Virus record (IMG/VR): IMGVR_UViG_3300020045_007296
Span: 1-29,537 of that record
From: a virus
Taxonomy: Duplodnaviria; Caudoviricetes
Length of the DNA stretch: 29,537 nucleotides
Strand: one strand, 5' to 3'
The translations under genes were made by a program, and so were the position numbers. The notes under the pieces were generated by a model that had not been told where the DNA came from, searched no databases, and saw nothing but the letters and a program-made list of their open reading frames with translations. Positions 25,482 to 29,537 of the stretch are shown in pieces (the first letter of the stretch is position 1; each line of letters begins with the position of its first letter).

Positions 25482-26712
25482 ATTTTGCACTTTTAAAATT
25501 TGTACCTAAAAATTCATTCACTTCTTTTATATCAATACCCAATTTTAACAGCCCGGTCAATGCCTGTACCTGGGTATTACGGGTAATCGCTTTATCCTTT
25601 TCAAATACCTGCATGAATGGAAGATAATTCCAGCTTATATGCAGTTTCTTACCCTGTAGTTGATATCCGAATTTTTCGGCGAACGCTTCCATTAGGTCAT
25701 CACCTTTTGGCTGTAATGTGTAGCTTACGTGGCTAGCCCTGGCCTTTTCCTGGTTCTCGTAGGTGGATGAAACGTAAGCCTCCAATACATCACGAGGGAT
25801 ATTATACATTGAGCCAATTATAAAATAGGCTTCCAAATACTGTTTACCTAGTTCAAGTCTTCGCATATCCTCAACAAATCGCTTTATATCCAGCATAGAT
25901 TTAAACGCATGCACTTGCTTACGTCCGTTTATCCTTGTTTCTATGTCCAGCGCTTCAGCAGTACCTAACGGCACTTTTGTAGTATCTTTTGGATCCGCCT
26001 GTCCTGAAATGGTGAACTTCCCGGAATACCTGATATTGATATTACTTGCATCTAGTGCAGCCTCACTGTTTGAAATTACTTTGTGCAATGCGTCTATACG
26101 AGACGAGCCCTTAAACCAGTTACCGGTTCCGTTGGTAAGGTCTGTTGTGATTAATATTTGCGAAAGGGGGAATTCAGTAGTTGTGCCATCCAGGTAACGG
26201 TACTTTATTTTTGCCTTCAGTATGTCTCCGTATGTCTTTTTTGAGAAAACAAATTTATCCTGAGCCTTTTTAATGATATCCGGCCATTCTATTTTTGTAG
26301 GGTCAAGGTAATACATGCTGTTATCTTCATTCTCTGCTATACTGCTTGAAATGTTGCAATAAGAAGTATCCAGCATGGTCCAAAACATAAAATCCCAAAG
26401 AAACTGCGATCTGCTTTGGTATTTATTTGGCCGGTTGAAAAGTTTAATTAAAGGGTCGTTCGGGTCTTCTATGCCATTCTTTGATACAGTGATCTTGCCA
26501 AGAGAAAACATATCGCATTGCAGACAGAATACTTTAAGTAAAGCGGGATTTGAAAGAATGGCCTTTAACTTTTGCTCAGTTTCTCCGTAGTTGTTGAAAA
26601 CTGGCGCAACTCCCACTATTGAGGAGAAAGGCATAAAGCCATCGTCCTCACGGGATGGTTTAAACGTGCTGCTAAATAGCCCTGTAAAGAGAGATTTAAA
26701 GGTATTTGCCAA
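25447..26712 (-). CDS. Portal protein
   Basis: 421 aa, TTG start; LFNRPNKYQSRSQF, GSSRIDAL, IGSMYNIPRDVL, STYENQEKA are HK97-family portal-like motifs. Confidence 0.9.
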   Translation of the reverse strand: MANTFKSLFTGLFSSTFKPSREDDGFMPFSSIVGVAPVFNNYGETEQKLKAILSNPALLKVFCLQCDMFSLGKITVSKNGIEDPNDPLIKLFNRPNKYQSRSQFLWDFMFWTMLDTSYCNISSSIAENEDNSMYYLDPTKIEWPDIIKKAQDKFVFSKKTYGDILKAKIKYRYLDGTTTEFPLSQILITTDLTNGTGNWFKGSSRIDALHKVISNSEAALDASNINIRYSGKFTISGQADPKDTTKVPLGTAEALDIETRINGRKQVHAFKSMLDIKRFVEDMRRLELGKQYLEAYFIIGSMYNIPRDVLEAYVSSTYENQEKARASHVSYTLQPKGDDLMEAFAEKFGYQLQGKKLHISWNYLPFMQVFEKDKAITRNTQVQALTGLLKLGIDIKEVNEFLGTNFKSAKYEQGKQPASAS

Positions 26713-26754
26713 TTATTTTACCGTATGCTGCCTATTTATGGCAGAAATACGATT

Positions 26755-26787
26755 CAAATTTAACGAAATAATTAATTTAAATACAAA
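26755..26787 (-). promoter_or_regulatory. Bacteroidota sigma70-type promoter for the portal-head-tail operon
   Basis: Minus strand TTTG(26787-26784)-N21-TAAATTTG(26762-26755), a full consensus match 42 nt before the portal start and downstream of a terminator. Confidence 0.7.
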
Positions 26788-26859
26788 ATATTTATTTTAA
26801 TAGTTTATTTTGTGGAAATATTTACCTTTATGCTTTGCAGTACTACTCATGATTAAAAT

Positions 26860-26891
26860 GAAAAACCCCGGCTTTTTTAGGCAGGGGTTTT
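26860..26891 (-). terminator. Intrinsic terminator (possibly bidirectional) closing the accessory gene block
   Basis: AAAACCCC...GGGGTTTT inverted repeat with T tracts on both strands, just after the stop at 26901. Confidence 0.7.
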
Positions 26892-26900
26892 AAATTTAAA

Positions 26901-27062
26901 TTACAAATTCACAATTACGATTACAGGTATATTATTATTTGATGTAAAAATAATTTTACCTGGTAAATCCTTTCTTTCAAACAGTTCTGTTAAATCGGTA
27001 TTTGAATCACCAATCAGCCTATTATTAACGAATTTTGGCGGGCTCTTTTGCGGTGTGAACAT
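26901..27062 (-). CDS. 53-aa hypothetical protein
   Basis: Hand-translated MFTPQKSPPKFVNNRLIGDSNTDLTELFERKDLPGKIIFTSNNNIPVIVIVNL. It starts 2 nt after the upstream stop and ends just before the terminator. Confidence 0.5.
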   Translation of the reverse strand: MFTPQKSPPKFVNNRLIGDSNTDLTELFERKDLPGKIIFTSNNNIPVIVIVNL

Positions 27063-27064
27063 GG

Positions 27065-27442
27065 TTATAAATTTACGGTTAATTCCTCTTTTGAAAGCCA
27101 GTAAACGATGTTTTGGAGTTCGTGAAGATATACAGGATGTATTAAAATCACCCCGCTATAGTCATGCTCAAAACCATATAATATAAAATCGTTTTGCTGC
27201 TTCCTAAAAACAAAATTATCTTTTACATACTCATTGTTAGGCTCTCGAACAAACCCACATTTTTCATAAATATCAGGGGTTAACGGTACTGGCTCCCAAA
27301 AATCAGCAACATCACTTTGGTTTTCATCAATCCAGAGTATTTGGTGAACTGATAGCGCTCTTGGTATCCTGGCTATCAGTTCACCATTTTTAGCCAAAAA
27401 ATTAAGTATATTTCCTTTCCTTAAATCACTTGCTGGTATCAT
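27065..27442 (-). CDS. Phage hypothetical protein (YopX-like small beta/alpha family)
   Basis: SDLRKGN...EPVPLTPDIYEKCGF...YLHELQN pattern, recalled from Bacteroidota phage accessory proteins; not verified by search. Confidence 0.65.
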   Translation of the reverse strand: MIPASDLRKGNILNFLAKNGELIARIPRALSVHQILWIDENQSDVADFWEPVPLTPDIYEKCGFVREPNNEYVKDNFVFRKQQNDFILYGFEHDYSGVILIHPVYLHELQNIVYWLSKEELTVNL

Positions 27443-27915
27443 TGCTCATCTTTTTTAAAATTTTCACTACAGGTTTCTGATTTATCTGAATTAAATATAA
27501 ACGGACTGTTATCCGTCATAGGGTCTTTAACCAACAAGGCAGCGAGTTTTTCAGGTGTCATGCGGTGCTCGAATTTGAATGACGGCAAATTACTTAACCC
27601 ATCAAACTGTTCCTTCCTAGTAACTTCATACATGCCATCAGGTCCGCAATTCGAACCTTTTATATAACTTGGGATAGGCTGCGACAGGATAACCCTGTTT
27701 TGAATTGAACAAATTGCTGCAGTAATTGCGGCCTGTCTAATCAATGATGCTCTTTTAGCCTTATTCCTTGGCCTCCTGTTGTATTCTTTTATAAATACGT
27801 TCTTTCTATGCTTGCCTTTGGGAAACTGCTTTGCAATGGCAGCAATAGCCTTACCTATGTTTATTGTATTGACTACAATTTCAAGCGCCTTTGATACCAT
27901 GCTGATGTGATTCAT
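27439..27915 (-). CDS. Accessory protein resembling the tape measure C-terminal motif
   Basis: Residues 62-94 align without gaps to this phage's tape measure C-terminal motif at 13/33 identities. Confidence 0.7.
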   Translation of the reverse strand: MNHISMVSKALEIVVNTINIGKAIAAIAKQFPKGKHRKNVFIKEYNRRPRNKAKRASLIRQAAITAAICSIQNRVILSQPIPSYIKGSNCGPDGMYEVTRKEQFDGLSNLPSFKFEHRMTPEKLAALLVKDPMTDNSPFIFNSDKSETCSENFKKDEQ

Positions 27916-27938
27916 TTTTGATTTTTAATCTGTAAAAG

Positions 27939-28127
27939 TTACACAATATTTTCAGTCGACAAAACAGCCTTAATTTTTTGGCCATTTTTTTTGATCGTAA
28001 TAAACCCCTTTGCCTTTAATCTTTTAGCCTGGTTCCCGGTTAAAGTTAATTGCTTGACCTTTGGGATATACGTTTCATCGCACTTTACGCCTAAGTTGGG
28101 TGATGTGTTTGAGCAGGTGTGTATCAT
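27939..28127 (-). CDS. Small basic hypothetical protein
   Basis: 62 aa, co-oriented and tightly spaced. Confidence 0.55.
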   Translation of the reverse strand: MIHTCSNTSPNLGVKCDETYIPKVKQLTLTGNQAKRLKAKGFITIKKNGQKIKAVLSTENIV

Positions 28128-28130
28128 AAA

Positions 28131-28313
28131 TTATTTCTTTAGTTTATTAATTGCAGGAAGCAATAGGAATAAAAAGGAACATAACCCAAACGTACTGCAG
28201 AATGTTATGAATATGCTTCCCTTATTTATTGGCTCCCAGTAAAACATGGAAACTAGCGCAACTAAATCAAGTATTAGTATAGATATCACAATTACCCATA
28301 ATACCTTGTTCAT
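28131..28313 (-). CDS. Small 2-TM membrane protein
   Basis: 60 aa, two hydrophobic helices, basic C-terminus, A-rich start context. Confidence 0.65.
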   Translation of the reverse strand: MNKVLWVIVISILILDLVALVSMFYWEPINKGSIFITFCSTFGLCSFLFLLLPAINKLKK

Positions 28314-28333
28314 AATTTTTCTTTTAAATAAAA

Positions 28334-28410
28334 TTGCCCAACAAAAAATAAACCTTTTGGGGAGGTTTAAATTAAGTTGAGCAAAAAAGTTTTAAACGCC
28401 CCAAACGTTT
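28334..28410 (-). promoter_or_regulatory. Structured RNA element: two hairpins with complementary loops, one terminator-like
   Basis: Minus strand AAACG-TTTGGGG-CGTTT, then TTGCTCAAC..TAAACCT-CCCCAAA-AGGTTTA-TTTTTT-GTTGGGCAA. Confidence 0.6.
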
Positions 28411-28453
28411 CATCTAAGGTACAATTATCTTAAATACAGTGTATGTTTTTTGA

Positions 28454-29537
28454 TTAAATTGTATTAATAATTCCTTCGTTTTGCAAGAATTGAGCAATGT
28501 ATCGGGCAAGGTCAATCAGGTGGTTATTTAAATCCTCCGGCACTTCTAAGACAACCCCGTTACTATCTACCTTACGGGAGTAGTTTTCCTGCTCATTGCG
28601 GATGTTTTCGGAGGATGCGGTGAAATAAACTTTAATATTATCCAGTAGGTCAATACCGTCTATTATAGAACCTGGCCCTTTTACTGCCCCTTGTGCGTAT
28701 TCCCATCCGGCCTCACGCAATGCAAGTATCTTTAATGGCCGGTTGCTGTCACAAATTATATTTCTTTCGTAAGGAATCTGCAATTTTTTAAACATCCAAG
28801 TTACAATACCCTCGTCTGAAGCGTCTATTTCAGCACGCTCCGTGGTGGTAAGGTTCTTTCTTATTTCATTCTCACTGGTATAGTTGAGCTCATGAAGATA
28901 AAGCCCACCATCGTAATATTTAGCGTCCAAGATACCCCAAGGATGTTCTTTACCCCAGTCAGATCCTGAGTAAACCGGCACTTTGAGATCAAAATAAACG
29001 CTGTCCGGTATTTCTTCCCAATTAAATATCCTGTTTGGTCGTTCTGCTTTTAACCCAAGCCCGTAAACATTCCAGTTAAAATCGTTCGCTGAATTTTTAA
29101 ATTCGTTCTCCCGGCACCTGGCAAGCTCTGCTATTTCATTTGCATCAAAATTATCAGGATTGGCAACTAAATCGTATTGCCTTGCGTCTTGCTCTGTTAA
29201 TCTTTTATCCAGCACGATGGAGCAGAGCTTTACCGGCTGGTAAGAAAGTATTTTATTTTTTGATTCCTCCGGACAAAGGGGATTATCTAAAAAGGTGGAA
29301 TGAATTACTAAAGTTCGTGGGTCTTTTTCAAGATCGTCCGACCAATGCCCCTGTTTTGGGTTTAGGTCAATAAACAAAAAGTCTGCAGTTCTTTGGTCAA
29401 TCTGATTGAAAACCTCACGGGAGATATCATAAGGCTCGTTTAAGTGCGCTACATCCTGAGTAAGACCGTGAACGGTATTTTCATCGTCCGTACCATGAAT
29501 TTCGTATGTGCTGCCATTGGTATAGCTTAGGATTGAT
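28454..29537 (-). CDS. terL: Terminase large subunit, PBSX-like (5' end outside window)
   Basis: The frame stays open upstream of the track start: ...HGLTQDVAHLNEPY (Walker B-like)...FIDLNP (motif C), HSTFLDNP, VYGLG, nuclease GSDWG, CDS and NHLIDLARY. Confidence 0.92.
   Translation of the reverse strand, partial: SILSYTNGSTYEIHGTDDENTVHGLTQDVAHLNEPYDISREVFNQIDQRTADFLFIDLNPKQGHWSDDLEKDPRTLVIHSTFLDNPLCPEESKNKILSYQPVKLCSIVLDKRLTEQDARQYDLVANPDNFDANEIAELARCRENEFKNSANDFNWNVYGLGLKAERPNRIFNWEEIPDSVYFDLKVPVYSGSDWGKEHPWGILDAKYYDGGLYLHELNYTSENEIRKNLTTTERAEIDASDEGIVTWMFKKLQIPYERNIICDSNRPLKILALREAGWEYAQGAVKGPGSIIDGIDLLDNIKVYFTASSENIRNEQENYSRKVDSNGVVLEVPEDLNNHLIDLARYIAQFLQNEGIINTI

Larger units (their letters stand above)
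1..29537 (-). mobile_element. Tailed phage/prophage late region (head, tail, lysis) of a Bacteroidota-infecting siphovirus-like phage; extends beyond both window edges
   Basis: Co-oriented, tightly packed genes in the canonical order terminase-portal-protease-capsid-connector-tail tube-tape measure-tail tip-fibres-holin-like. No integrase or att site is in the window, so phage and prophage cannot be distinguished. Confidence 0.95.

Noticed and set aside
28414-28445. Promoter for the accessory island (TACCTTAG)
   Set aside because: It is only a partial -7 match with no -33 TTTG at the right spacing.
27-29373. All other short plus-strand ORFs and nested minus-strand ORFs (e.g. 4517..4762, 8599..9009)
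   Set aside because: They overlap well-supported genes in a uniformly minus-strand operon and have no independent support.
1-29537. Contractile injection system, tailocin or gene transfer agent
   Set aside because: No sheath or baseplate wedge genes are recognisable, and a complete head module plus accessory genes fits an ordinary siphophage. A domesticated element cannot be excluded without flanking sequence.
1-29537. tRNA, rRNA, CRISPR array or stop-codon reassignment
   Set aside because: None was seen. Genes are full length and tightly packed under the standard code, leaving no room for such elements.

Overview
The window is the morphogenesis and lysis arm of a tailed dsDNA phage or prophage of a Bacteroidota host. 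It looks siphovirus-like: it has a tape measure and no sheath gene. The host assignment rests on TTTG-N21-TAnnTTTG promoter motifs, A-rich starts without Shine-Dalgarno sites, and signal peptides followed by Gln. All credible genes are on the minus strand. Reading right to left: PBSX-type terminase large subunit (truncated by the window edge), five small accessory genes, portal, prohead protease, HK97-fold capsid, head completion and connector genes, tail tube, tape measure, three tail-tip proteins, a ~9 kb block of fibre/depolymerase-like genes, and a membrane-protein-rich lysis region. Four features stand out. (1) Seven genes in virion positions, including tail-fibre-like proteins and a decoration-like protein near the capsid gene, carry Sec signal peptides, six of them followed by Gln; some carry clustered Bacteroidota O-glycosylation sequons. 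This suggests virion appendages made in the periplasm. (2) A stand-alone membrane-anchored PAS protein, an unannotated 39-aa polyproline peptide and a multi-TM protein sit just upstream of the holin-like and lipoprotein genes. (3) An accessory gene resembles the C-terminal motif of the phage's own tape measure protein. (4) A two-hairpin RNA with exactly complementary 7-nt loops follows the terminase. Functional calls come from motifs and gene order only; no database search was run.
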